Below are positions 34,003 to 41,821 of a stretch of 43,041 nt of DNA, in pieces; positions within the stretch are counted from its first letter, which is position 1, and each line of letters starts with the position of its first letter. Origin of the DNA: a virus; the IMG/VR virus record IMGVR_UViG_3300045988_104271; one strand, written 5' to 3'. The notes beneath the pieces were generated by a model. That model worked only from the letters and a program-made list of their open reading frames with translations. It was not told the DNA's origin and did no database searches. A program made the translations under genes and the position numbers.

Positions 34003-34863
34003 ATGGAAGCAAACAAGATTCAGAAGGCCACAGCCACAGCAGCCCCCGCCGCCAAGGCATCACAGACGGTAAACCAGCTAATGAACAGCATACTCGATGG
34101 CGAAGGCATGCGCAAGCGTTTCAACGACCTGCTGGGCAAACGCGCCCCGCAGTTTGTCAGCAGCGTTGTGTCTATGGTCAACGCGGATAAGACAATGCAG
34201 ATGGCATTTTATGAGGCCCCTATGACCGTGATACAGGCCGCCCTGAAGGCCGCAAGCTTCGACCTGCCCATAGACCAGAACTTAGGCTATGCCTACATAG
34301 TCCCGTTTAAGAACTACAAAAAGGACATAGGCAAATCCGTATATGAAGCCACGTTTATACTTGGCTGGAAGGGTATGCACCAGCTTGCGTTACGCACGGG
34401 CGCATATAAGACCATCAACGTTATAGACGTGCGCGAGGGCGAACTCGAAAGTTACAACCGCCTTACAGAGGAAGTGAAGATAAACTTCATCGAGGACGAG
34501 GAAGAACGCGAGAGCAAGCCCGTTATAGGCTATCTGGGCTATTATCGCCTGGTCAACGGCGCGGAGAAAACAATCTATATGTCCATAAAGCAGATAGAAG
34601 CCCACGAACAGAAGTTCCGCAAAGGGCAGAACATGGGCAAGGGTTGGCGCGAGGACTTTGACGCTATGGCGCGTAAGACCGTGTACCGCAAGCTAATCGG
34701 CAAATGGGGCGTTATGTCCATAGACTACCGCACCGTAGGCGAAGGGCAGCAGATAGCGGACGCGCTTGCAGCTGACGCGGAGCAGGAAAAGGCATTGGAC
34801 AACGCCATAGATATAACGCCGCCCGAAAGCATAGACGCAGAGACGGGCGAAATCAAGGAATAA
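34003..34863 (+). CDS. recT: RecT-family single-strand annealing protein
   Basis: GYAYIVPFKN...ATFILGWKGMHQLALRTGAYK is the pattern typical of RecT. Confidence 0.85.
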   Translation: MEANKIQKATATAAPAAKASQTVNQLMNSILDGEGMRKRFNDLLGKRAPQFVSSVVSMVNADKTMQMAFYEAPMTVIQAALKAASFDLPIDQNLGYAYIVPFKNYKKDIGKSVYEATFILGWKGMHQLALRTGAYKTINVIDVREGELESYNRLTEEVKINFIEDEEERESKPVIGYLGYYRLVNGAEKTIYMSIKQIEAHEQKFRKGQNMGKGWREDFDAMARKTVYRKLIGKWGVMSIDYRTVGEGQQIADALAADAEQEKALDNAIDITPPESIDAETGEIKE

Positions 34864-34918
34864 TCGGCAGAGTACAAGCTGGGGCGGTGCAAACGCCGCC
34901 CCGCAGAAAGGATGAAGC

Positions 34919-35305
34919 ATGAACCGAGTAGAGTTTATTGGGAACTTGTCAAAGGCTCCCGATGTCAAGCAGACCACCAGCGGCAAGACCGTATGCAGCC
35001 TTACGATAGCCGTCAATCGCCGCTACAAGGACGCAGACGGTAAGACCACGGCAGACTTTTTCAGCGTGCAGGTGTGGGGCAAATTAGCGGAAGTATGCGC
35101 CCGTTATCTGGACAAGGGTAAAAAGATATATGTGGCGGGTGAACTGCGCAACCGCAGCTATGATGCTAAGGACGGCACAAAGCGGTACGTCACGGAAGTA
35201 ATCGCCAACGAGGTGGAGTTTTTGTCGCCCAAGACAGACAGCGCCTCGACCATCCCGCCGCAAGACGAATGGCCGGATGTAAATGACAGCGATTTGCCGT
35301 TTTAA
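34919..35305 (+). CDS. ssb: Single-stranded DNA-binding protein
   Basis: OB-fold N-terminus MNRVEFIGNLSKAPDVKQTTSGKTVCSLTIAVNR and an acidic DSDLPF tail. Confidence 0.9.
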   Translation: MNRVEFIGNLSKAPDVKQTTSGKTVCSLTIAVNRRYKDADGKTTADFFSVQVWGKLAEVCARYLDKGKKIYVAGELRNRSYDAKDGTKRYVTEVIANEVEFLSPKTDSASTIPPQDEWPDVNDSDLPF

Positions 35306-35314
35306 GGAGGGCAT

Positions 35315-36127
35315 ATGGCACGGCGCAGAATGATAGACCCTGCCATGTGGCAGAGCGAAGATTTCTCCCGTTGCTCCTTCCTCGCACGCCTAATTTTCGT
35401 CGGGCTTATATCACAGGCAGACGACGAGGGACGAGGCAAAGCATCACCAGCATACATCAAGTCGACTTTGTTCCCTTATGAAGATGGAATACGGCTCATC
35501 GACATAGAGAAAGCCCTATCGGAGATAGGTCAGCACTTGTCCGTGACGTACTACTCCACGATTGACGGAAAGCAGTATTACAGCCTTGATAGCTGGATGG
35601 ATTGGCAAACATTGGATAAACCCAAGCCCTCAAAATTCCCCGCGCCGCCTGAAAAAAACGAAGTCGCCGACGAATCGCCGACGAATCCCCGACAAATCGC
35701 CGACGAATCGCCGACGAATCCCCGACAAATCCCGCCAGAGGGTGCGCTAAGAGGAATAGGAAGTAGAAATAGAAATAATATACCCCCTATATCTCCTAAC
35801 GGAGATATTGCCCCCCTTGAGGGTGGCAGCCCTCGCAAGCATAAATACGGGGAATATAAAAACGTGCTGCTTACGGATGACGAACTCAACAAGCTGAAGG
35901 CAGATTATGCGGACTATCTTGACCGCATAGAGCGGCTATCATCCTATATCGCAAGCACGGGCAAGGCGTACAAGTCGCATTATGCGACAATCAGAAATTG
36001 GGCGAGGGCAGATGCAGCACAGCAGAAAACCCAGCGCCCGAACCGGCAGCGGGATTTCGGGAACAGCCGCGTATACAGCGCGGCAGAGCTTGACAGGATG
36101 GGGCACGACCTTTTGGGAGGTGATTAG
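35315..36127 (+). CDS. Phage replisome organiser / DnaD-like replication initiator
   Basis: The N-terminus RRRMIDPAMWQSEDFSRCSFLARLIFVGLISQADDEGRG is typical of the replisome-organiser N-domain. The C-terminus has the DnaD-like HYATIRNWAR. Confidence 0.75.
   Translation: MARRRMIDPAMWQSEDFSRCSFLARLIFVGLISQADDEGRGKASPAYIKSTLFPYEDGIRLIDIEKALSEIGQHLSVTYYSTIDGKQYYSLDSWMDWQTLDKPKPSKFPAPPEKNEVADESPTNPRQIADESPTNPRQIPPEGALRGIGSRNRNNIPPISPNGDIAPLEGGSPRKHKYGEYKNVLLTDDELNKLKADYADYLDRIERLSSYIASTGKAYKSHYATIRNWARADAAQQKTQRPNRQRDFGNSRVYSAAELDRMGHDLLGGD
35665..35730 (+). repeat. Iteron block: 2 x 33 nt, each made of three 11-nt units (CGCCGACGAAT, CGCCGACGAAT, CCCCGACAAAT)
   Basis: Read directly. It encodes ADESPTNPRQI x2 within the replisome-organiser gene. 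Confidence 0.85.
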
Positions 36128-36129
36128 GT

Positions 36130-36342
36130 ATGCCGACACTTGAAATTATCCAGATAACCAATGGCGCAACGAAGGTTTTGCGCACGGCGAAAAGCTACCC
36201 CGAGCTTTACAAGGCGTATCGGCGCATGCAAGCCGACGGCGCATTTGTCCGGATGCGGATAGACGGCGAGGTGTTGCCGATTTATCAGGCGGACAGCCGC
36301 GCGTCGAATGTCGACCGGTCTGCGGCATGGAGGAATTTATGA
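36130..36342 (+). CDS. Unknown protein (70 aa)
   Basis: ORF with GGGAGGTGA upstream. Confidence 0.6.
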   Translation: MPTLEIIQITNGATKVLRTAKSYPELYKAYRRMQADGAFVRMRIDGEVLPIYQADSRASNVDRSAAWRNL

Positions 36343-36731
36343 AGCGCACATACACCCCACCAACCGTGCCGCTTGAGGACGCAGAGCAGCGAATTATTTT
36401 TCAATGGGCGGCAATGGAGACCGCCGCCCGCCCCGAGCTGGGGCTGCTGTACGCCATACCCAACGGCGGCAAGCGGGCAATTAAGACCGCAATCGCATTA
36501 AAGGCGCAGGGTGTTAAGTCAGGCGTGCCTGATATGTGCTTGCCCGTGGCGCGTAACGGGTATCACGGGCTATACATCGAGCTAAAGCGGCAAAAAGGCG
36601 GCACGGTGAGCGAGACGCAAAAAAGCTGGATAACCGCGCTTGCGGGGCAAGGCTATAAGGCCGTTGTTTGCAAGGGCGCGGAGGAAGCGATAGGGACGAT
36701 AAAAAACTATTTGGGGGAACGAAAGGCATGA
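36339..36731 (+). CDS. VRR-NUC domain nuclease
   Basis: GVPDMCL...GLYIELKRQKG is a PD-(D/E)xK motif. Its start has an ATGA overlap with the upstream stop. Confidence 0.8.
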   Translation: MKRTYTPPTVPLEDAEQRIIFQWAAMETAARPELGLLYAIPNGGKRAIKTAIALKAQGVKSGVPDMCLPVARNGYHGLYIELKRQKGGTVSETQKSWITALAGQGYKAVVCKGAEEAIGTIKNYLGERKA

Positions 36732-36946
36732 AATTATATTTTTGCACGGACGATTTGTGGGGGTTAGAGCTATGTGTTGCAGCGGAATCGCGGAGGAAGG
36801 CGAAGAGCATGTACTGCGATTATTACGATCCTTCGCTGGATTTTACCATGGTACACACATACATAATGTGCCGCGATTATGAAGGCCCTGCGGGCGCGTA
36901 TGAGGTGCCAAGTCAGGCGTGCCGCGCTTGCGGAGCAAGGCTATAA
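36728..36946 (+). CDS. Unknown small protein (72 aa); its 3' end runs into a VRR-NUC remnant
   Basis: ATGA overlap with the VRR-NUC stop. Confidence 0.5.
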   Translation: MKLYFCTDDLWGLELCVAAESRRKAKSMYCDYYDPSLDFTMVHTYIMCRDYEGPAGAYEVPSQACRACGARL

Positions 36947-36998
36947 GGCCGTGGTTTGCAAGGGTGCAGAAGAAGCGATAGGGACAATAAAGGAGTAT
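36910..36998 (+). pseudogene. Decayed duplicate of the VRR-NUC gene 3' end
   Basis: 36910-36923 equals 36516-36529. 36924-36998 matches 36636-36710 at 66 of 75 positions. The two pieces are joined by a 106-nt deletion, which is out of frame. Confidence 0.75.
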
Positions 36999-37000
36999 CT

Positions 37001-37441
37001 ATGGGAGCATACATCAACAAGGACTTGAAGGAGCTTATCATCACCCTTGCATCGGTAATCGGCTTTGGCGACGTGCTGGTCAAGACCGGCCGGCTGCACC
37101 AAGAGGACGAGGACGCAGCAAAACTGATGATGGGCGCAGCCACCACGATATCACAGCACCTCTTGCAGGGGCGGGACGCGGAGCAAGTGACGGCCTTGCA
37201 GCGTCAGGCGGGATTTTACGAGATTATCGCCGTACCTAAGACTTCGGCACAGATAGACAAAGAATTTTATATCTGCCCGCGAGAGGACTTTGAATCACTG
37301 GTGATAGACGATTTCTCGAACCCTTGCCCCTTCTGCGAGCTGGAGGGCAAGGAGGTGCGCAAATGTGGCCGCCGCAGGGCGTTGATACGGTGCGGCGTGG
37401 CCGGAAGCACAGAGGGCGAATGCCCGTATAAGGGAGTATAA
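37001..37441 (+). CDS. Unknown protein with C-terminal Cys cluster (146 aa)
   Basis: AAGGAG RBS. Contains CPFCELEGKEVRKCGRRRALIRCGVAGSTEGECP. Confidence 0.7.
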   Translation: MGAYINKDLKELIITLASVIGFGDVLVKTGRLHQEDEDAAKLMMGAATTISQHLLQGRDAEQVTALQRQAGFYEIIAVPKTSAQIDKEFYICPREDFESLVIDDFSNPCPFCELEGKEVRKCGRRRALIRCGVAGSTEGECPYKGV

Positions 37442-37483
37442 AAATAACGGCGAGAAAAAACGCGTAGAAAGGGAGAATTAAAA

Positions 37484-37801
37484 ATGGATTGGATAAGCGT
37501 TAAAGAGAGATTGCCGGAGTGTGAAAAAGAAGTGCTGATATGGTGTAACCGCAATGACTATCGTTTTGTTTGTCCAGCGATTTATGAAGATGGGACGATG
37601 CTGACGCAAGATAGTACGTGGAATTGGTATGAGATAGACTGTTACGGCACTTATAGCGAAGATAATGATGATTATTTCGTCCCGCAAGGTTGGTGGGAGA
37701 ATCGACAGTTTACACCTGATGACGTATACAACAATCCGGTAGATTGCGAGGTTACTCACTGGATGCCAATGCCAGAGCCGCCGAAGGAGGAAAAGCAATG
37801 A
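37484..37801 (+). CDS. DUF551-like protein
   Basis: N-terminal WISVKERLPE and C-terminal VTHWMPMPEPP are the DUF551 hallmarks. Confidence 0.7.
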   Translation: MDWISVKERLPECEKEVLIWCNRNDYRFVCPAIYEDGTMLTQDSTWNWYEIDCYGTYSEDNDDYFVPQGWWENRQFTPDDVYNNPVDCEVTHWMPMPEPPKEEKQ

Positions 37802-38121
37802 GTAAGTATATAGACGTTGACGCATTCGTTGAGAAATTTCGCATGACGCAGCTTTTGCTGAAAGTGTGGGCTGGTCCCGATTTAACACCGGAGCAGGAAA
37901 TAGTTATTCAGAGCGGTGAAGCAATAATTAAAGATTTAATTAAGTTCCCCGCCGCCGATGTTGCGCCGGTAGTGCATGGGCAGTGGATTGAAAAGACAGC
38001 ACATGATAGGCGGCAGTATTTTGAATGCTCGAATTGCGGGAAGCAAGAGAATAAACATACTGCTATTAGAGGCGGTTTTTGTTGGAATTGCGGGGCGAAA
38101 ATGGACGAAACGAAGCAGTAA
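37798..38121 (+). CDS. Unknown protein with C-terminal zinc ribbon (107 aa)
   Basis: AAGGAGG RBS with an ATGA overlap. Contains CSNCG...CWNCGAKM. Confidence 0.7.
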   Translation: MSKYIDVDAFVEKFRMTQLLLKVWAGPDLTPEQEIVIQSGEAIIKDLIKFPAADVAPVVHGQWIEKTAHDRRQYFECSNCGKQENKHTAIRGGFCWNCGAKMDETKQ

Positions 38122-38141
38122 GGCGGAGGAAAAGGACGAGC

Positions 38142-39083
38142 ATGATAAAAGCAACAACGATAATCGATGACCCTAATTGGGAGCATTGGCCTGAGATACT
38201 GCGGCTACGCAAGACAGGCGTACCCATCAAACGCGTAGCAGATATGTATGGTATGACAGATAATTTCCTAATTCGCCACGCAAGACGAGCGGGCATAGAA
38301 TTAACCGAACCGGCGAAAAGGCGCACAAACAATAAGCCATCGCTTATGGCAAGCGCGGACTGGGAAGGTTGGGCTGGTGTTAGAGAAATGCGGAAGAAAG
38401 GCATGAGTTGGCTGAAAATAGCCGTCTACTATAACGTTGACGAGATATGCCTACGCAAGTATGCAAAGCTAATGGGCATGGAGACACAAAAGCGCAAGCA
38501 GCCTGACGTTATGCTTTCGCCTGACTGGGAAGGCTGGAAAACCGTTATTCAAATGCGCCTTGAAGGCGCACATTGGAAGGAAATAGACGCGCTTTATGGG
38601 CTGTGTGTAGGCGCAACGCAACAAAAAGCCCGTAAAGCCGGAATCGAACTGCCGCAAGTAAGGCGAGGCCACACGCCCAACCCCATGTACGACCCTGAAT
38701 GGGAGGATTGGGAGAAGATAAAGCGGCAAAAGGAAAGCGGCATAACGTGGGACAAAATCGGCGAAGCGTATGGATTAACCGGTCAAACCATGTCACGCAT
38801 TGCAATAGCAGCAGGATATGAGTTCGCGCGGATATCGAGCAACGGCAAGGTGTATAAAAAACGCGCTGAAGCCAACCGCCCCAACTACTCAATATGCTGG
38901 GAGTGTGCAAACTCTGTGCCGAACCCGTACACGGGGCGCGGTTGTCCATGGAGTAAACACTTTAAGCCAGTTGACGGCTGGGACGCAACCGAAACAACGC
39001 TGTATGCGGCTAAAAGCTATTGCAGCAAATCATGCCAAAAATCATATTGCGTGCGGAGTTGCCCGTTATTTGTGGAGGGATAA
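38142..39083 (+). CDS. Protein with four tandem HTH-like repeats plus Cys-rich C-terminal domain (313 aa)
   Basis: The module (D/P)xWExWxxIxxxRxxGxxWxxIAxxYGxxxxxxxxxARxAGIEL occurs four times. It is followed by CWECANSVPNPYTGRGCPWSKHF... Confidence 0.75.
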   Translation: MIKATTIIDDPNWEHWPEILRLRKTGVPIKRVADMYGMTDNFLIRHARRAGIELTEPAKRRTNNKPSLMASADWEGWAGVREMRKKGMSWLKIAVYYNVDEICLRKYAKLMGMETQKRKQPDVMLSPDWEGWKTVIQMRLEGAHWKEIDALYGLCVGATQQKARKAGIELPQVRRGHTPNPMYDPEWEDWEKIKRQKESGITWDKIGEAYGLTGQTMSRIAIAAGYEFARISSNGKVYKKRAEANRPNYSICWECANSVPNPYTGRGCPWSKHFKPVDGWDATETTLYAAKSYCSKSCQKSYCVRSCPLFVEG

Positions 39084-39085
39084 TA

Positions 39086-39796
39086 ATGATAAAGATTGAA
39101 AACGCAGAAACCCACGGCTGGGAAGCCGCTATTCGTGGAATGCGGAACCCAATGAACAGCTGGGACAGGAGCGACAGCGCACCCGCCGTGGACTGTCAGA
39201 AATGCGGGAGAATCGAGCTTTTGGGCGAATGCACCGCAGAAGGCCGCGACTGCTCGGGGTATCAGTACCTTGAAATTGGCCCCAACGACCTTAGCCTTAT
39301 GACACGCCTACGCAACGCGGGCGCAGACCACCGCAAATATATGCGGATGATTACCGTATATCTTGATATTACTGCTCCGTTGTACTGGTGGAAAGAGTTC
39401 GATACGTACAAAGTAGGTACAGTTGCAAATTCTTGCTCCACGATGCATAAAATTCATGCTACAGAGTTTACTGTAAATGATTTTAGCCATGAGCATGTTG
39501 AAGAATTAAAAGGCGTTGATTACAATACTTTGTATGGATATTTGCTTTGCACTGTTGATATGCTGAATTATTGCCGTACAAAATATCTTGAAACCAAAGA
39601 TAAAAAATATTGGTGGCAAATGATTCAGTTTTTACCAACCTCGTACAATCAACGCCGCACGGTGATGCTAAATTATGAAGTCTTAGCTAACATATATCAT
39701 AGCCGTAAGGAGCATAAACTTGACGAGTGGCGCATCTTCTGTAAATGGGCAGAAACGTTGCCGTATCCAGAGCTGATTACGGGGAAGGAGAAATAA
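39086..39796 (+). CDS. ThyX (Thy1)-like fold protein lacking the canonical RHRxxS...SQRY residues
   Basis: ADHRKYMRMITVYLDITAPLYWWKEFDTYKVGTVANSCSTMH aligns by eye to the ThyX core, but the Arg/His positions are substituted. This is a weak call. Confidence 0.45.
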   Translation: MIKIENAETHGWEAAIRGMRNPMNSWDRSDSAPAVDCQKCGRIELLGECTAEGRDCSGYQYLEIGPNDLSLMTRLRNAGADHRKYMRMITVYLDITAPLYWWKEFDTYKVGTVANSCSTMHKIHATEFTVNDFSHEHVEELKGVDYNTLYGYLLCTVDMLNYCRTKYLETKDKKYWWQMIQFLPTSYNQRRTVMLNYEVLANIYHSRKEHKLDEWRIFCKWAETLPYPELITGKEK

Positions 39797-40218
39797 TGAC
39801 CACGGACAAGCTTGAGCAGTACCGTTCGCTGATTGACGAGTTGGCAACATTAGAAGCGCGGCAGCGCAAGACAGCAGCGAAAAAGCCCGATATCGTCACG
39901 GATACCGTGCGCGGCTCGTCCCCATACTTTCCCTACACCAGCCACACAATAAGCATCACGGGCGAGGATACGCGGCATAACGCAACGCTCCTGCGCATAG
40001 AGCGGGCGCGGAATGTCAGGATAAAGAAGGCGCACAAGCTGTTAGCCGAAATTGAGGAATTTATTGCCACGCTGGAAGATGCAAAGCTCAGACGCATTAT
40101 AGAGGTGCATTACATAGACGGCAAAACATGGCGGCAAACCGCAACGATTGTATACGGCTCACCGCAATACGAAGATGCAGCGCGAAAGCGCGTGAAAAGG
40201 TTCTTGCAGAAGGATTGA
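39796..40218 (+). CDS. Sigma-70 region-4-like late transcriptional activator (DUF1492/RinA/ArpU-type)
   Basis: The C-terminus LRRIIEVHYIDGKTWRQTATIVYGS is a region-4-type HTH. This is the last gene of the early operon. Confidence 0.6.
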   Translation: MTTDKLEQYRSLIDELATLEARQRKTAAKKPDIVTDTVRGSSPYFPYTSHTISITGEDTRHNATLLRIERARNVRIKKAHKLLAEIEEFIATLEDAKLRRIIEVHYIDGKTWRQTATIVYGSPQYEDAARKRVKRFLQKD

Positions 40219-40230
40219 CAAATAAAAAAA

Positions 40231-40246
40231 GCCCCCATTAGGGGGC
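40231..40246. terminator. Bidirectional terminator (GCCCCC-ATTA-GGGGGC flanked by A7 and T-rich runs)
   Basis: Read directly. It lies between convergent gene ends. Confidence 0.75.
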
Positions 40247-40477
40247 ATATTTTATAAGGATTCTTTCTGCCGCCTTGTATCGGCGGCGAATTTGGTCATA
40301 CTCTAACGGCGCATCGGTGTACCGCGCCTGATACTCCGCCGTCAAGCGGTCATACGGCACGCCATCCAGCAGGTGCCGCGCCACAAGCCAGCGGTCGCGC
40401 TCACTAAAAATCCGCTGATAGATTATCCCTTCCCACTCCGCGCGGGATAGGGTCTGCAAAATGTTTTTGTCCACCAC
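40238..40477 (-). CDS. Small sigma-r4/HTH-like protein (79 aa), weak RBS
   Basis: FSERDRWLVARHLLDGVPYDRLTAEY resembles a region-4 HTH. It has a GTG start. Confidence 0.5.
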   Translation of the reverse strand: MVDKNILQTLSRAEWEGIIYQRIFSERDRWLVARHLLDGVPYDRLTAEYQARYTDAPLEYDQIRRRYKAAERILIKYAP

Positions 40478-40544
40478 ACAGGCCGGCTTCTCATCGGCCT
40501 ATCACCTCCGGCCTTTTTTGTGTCGCAGAGGGGCGGCGGCAATT

Positions 40545-40823
40545 TTATTTCTTGTCGCGGGCTATCGCATCATATGCGCCATTGGCAGCAAGGGACACTA
40601 CCACGGCATTTATCACGCACAGCGCCCCCGCCTCAAGGGTCAAGCCGCCGGTGAAAAAGGTCGCGGCTATAAGCACCACAAGCGCGATTACATAGCTGGT
40701 CAGGCGCGTAGGTATCTTGTCGATAAAGCCCACACCCTTGATAAGCTGGGTTACAAGGCTGGTAGCGAGGGTAGCCCCCGCGTAAGTCAAAAGCACCGCC
40801 CAAGTAAAAAATTCGTTCGTCAT
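40545..40823 (-). CDS. Holin (92 aa, 3 predicted TM segments)
   Basis: Hydrophobic segments FFTWAVLLTYAGATLATSLV, SYVIALVVLIAATFFTGGL and ALCVINAVVVSLAANGAY with a charged C-terminus. It lies adjacent to the endolysin. Confidence 0.75.
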   Translation of the reverse strand: MTNEFFTWAVLLTYAGATLATSLVTQLIKGVGFIDKIPTRLTSYVIALVVLIAATFFTGGLTLEAGALCVINAVVVSLAANGAYDAIARDKK

Positions 40824-40825
40824 TT

Positions 40826-41140
40826 TTATCTCCTTTCGATTATGTGTTGCAAAAGCTCCGCACGGGCGTTTTTCAGCCCGTCAATTCCATTACCGTCAAT
40901 CTCATGGTTTATCAATGCCACAAAGCCGGTTATAATAGCCTGATTTGTGGCTTCCTGCCGTGCAAATTTTGTGTTGATTTCATCAAATCTTTTCAAATCG
41001 TTTGAATCATGCTCAATCACCTTGTCAAGCTTCTCCCGCATAGATAATGCAGGGGCTATTATTTCCCTTATCGCCTTTATGCCCTGCGCGATAAGGACGA
41101 TAGCCCCCAGTATTGATGCACACCATCCCCACCATTCCAC
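40826..41140 (-). CDS. Single-pass membrane/coiled-coil lysis-associated protein (BhlA/UviB-like architecture)
   Basis: N-terminal TM WWGWCASILGAIVLIAQGI followed by a coiled-coil. It lies between the endolysin and the holin. Confidence 0.6.
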   Translation of the reverse strand: MEWWGWCASILGAIVLIAQGIKAIREIIAPALSMREKLDKVIEHDSNDLKRFDEINTKFARQEATNQAIITGFVALINHEIDGNGIDGLKNARAELLQHIIERR

Positions 41141-41143
41141 GGG

Positions 41144-41821
41144 CTACACCTCCGCGTGGGCTGTTGCAAAGGCCTTTACAGCCGCCATTGTGGCTTTGCC
41201 GCATATTCCATCGGCGTTGCCGCAATCGTAGCCGCAAGCATTCAGCGCGGTCTGCATAGCCTTGACAGCTTCGCCGCGCATCATGGGCGATGTCAGCCTA
41301 AAGACAGTTGGAGCGGTATCCTCGGCCAGCGCGGGGTGTCTGCCCTGATGCGTCCAGCCGCCGCAAGACAGATGGCGCATCACTACACCAGCATCACGGC
41401 CTTGCGCCTCTATCACCATGCCGTTGTCGACATATACGCCAACGTGTCCCATTTTGCCTTTGGCGAAGCTGTACCTAAATACAAGGTCGCCAGGCTGCAT
41501 CTGCCACGCGGCAAGCTTGCCCTTTTGGGTGCATTGTCTGTACAGCCCTGCGGCACTTGTATCACCGTCAATCAGCCCCTTAATATCGCGAAGCCAATGA
41601 ATGATAAGACCGCTGCAATCAAAGGCGTACAGCGGCGTTTTGGTGGCTTTTTTGATGTACGCAAGCGCGCGTTCGGTCTCGCGGCGTGAGGTTTCCTTGC
41701 GCCGCACCCATTTTTCAAGGTCGACGCGGTTGTCTACCCTTTCGCCCTGTGCGCCCCAGACGTAAGCGTCCCCGATGTGGCTTTCAAGGTAAGCCAAAAA
41801 TTCCTTCACCTTTTCGCCCAT
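41144..41821 (-). CDS. Endolysin: NlpC/P60 peptidase plus PG_binding_1 domain
   Basis: AFDCSGLIIHW (Cys) and GHVGVYVDNG (His) fit NlpC/P60. The C-terminus EAVKAMQTALNACGYDCGNADGICGKATMAAVKAF is a peptidoglycan-binding repeat. Confidence 0.85.
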   Translation of the reverse strand: MGEKVKEFLAYLESHIGDAYVWGAQGERVDNRVDLEKWVRRKETSRRETERALAYIKKATKTPLYAFDCSGLIIHWLRDIKGLIDGDTSAAGLYRQCTQKGKLAAWQMQPGDLVFRYSFAKGKMGHVGVYVDNGMVIEAQGRDAGVVMRHLSCGGWTHQGRHPALAEDTAPTVFRLTSPMMRGEAVKAMQTALNACGYDCGNADGICGKATMAAVKAFATAHAEV

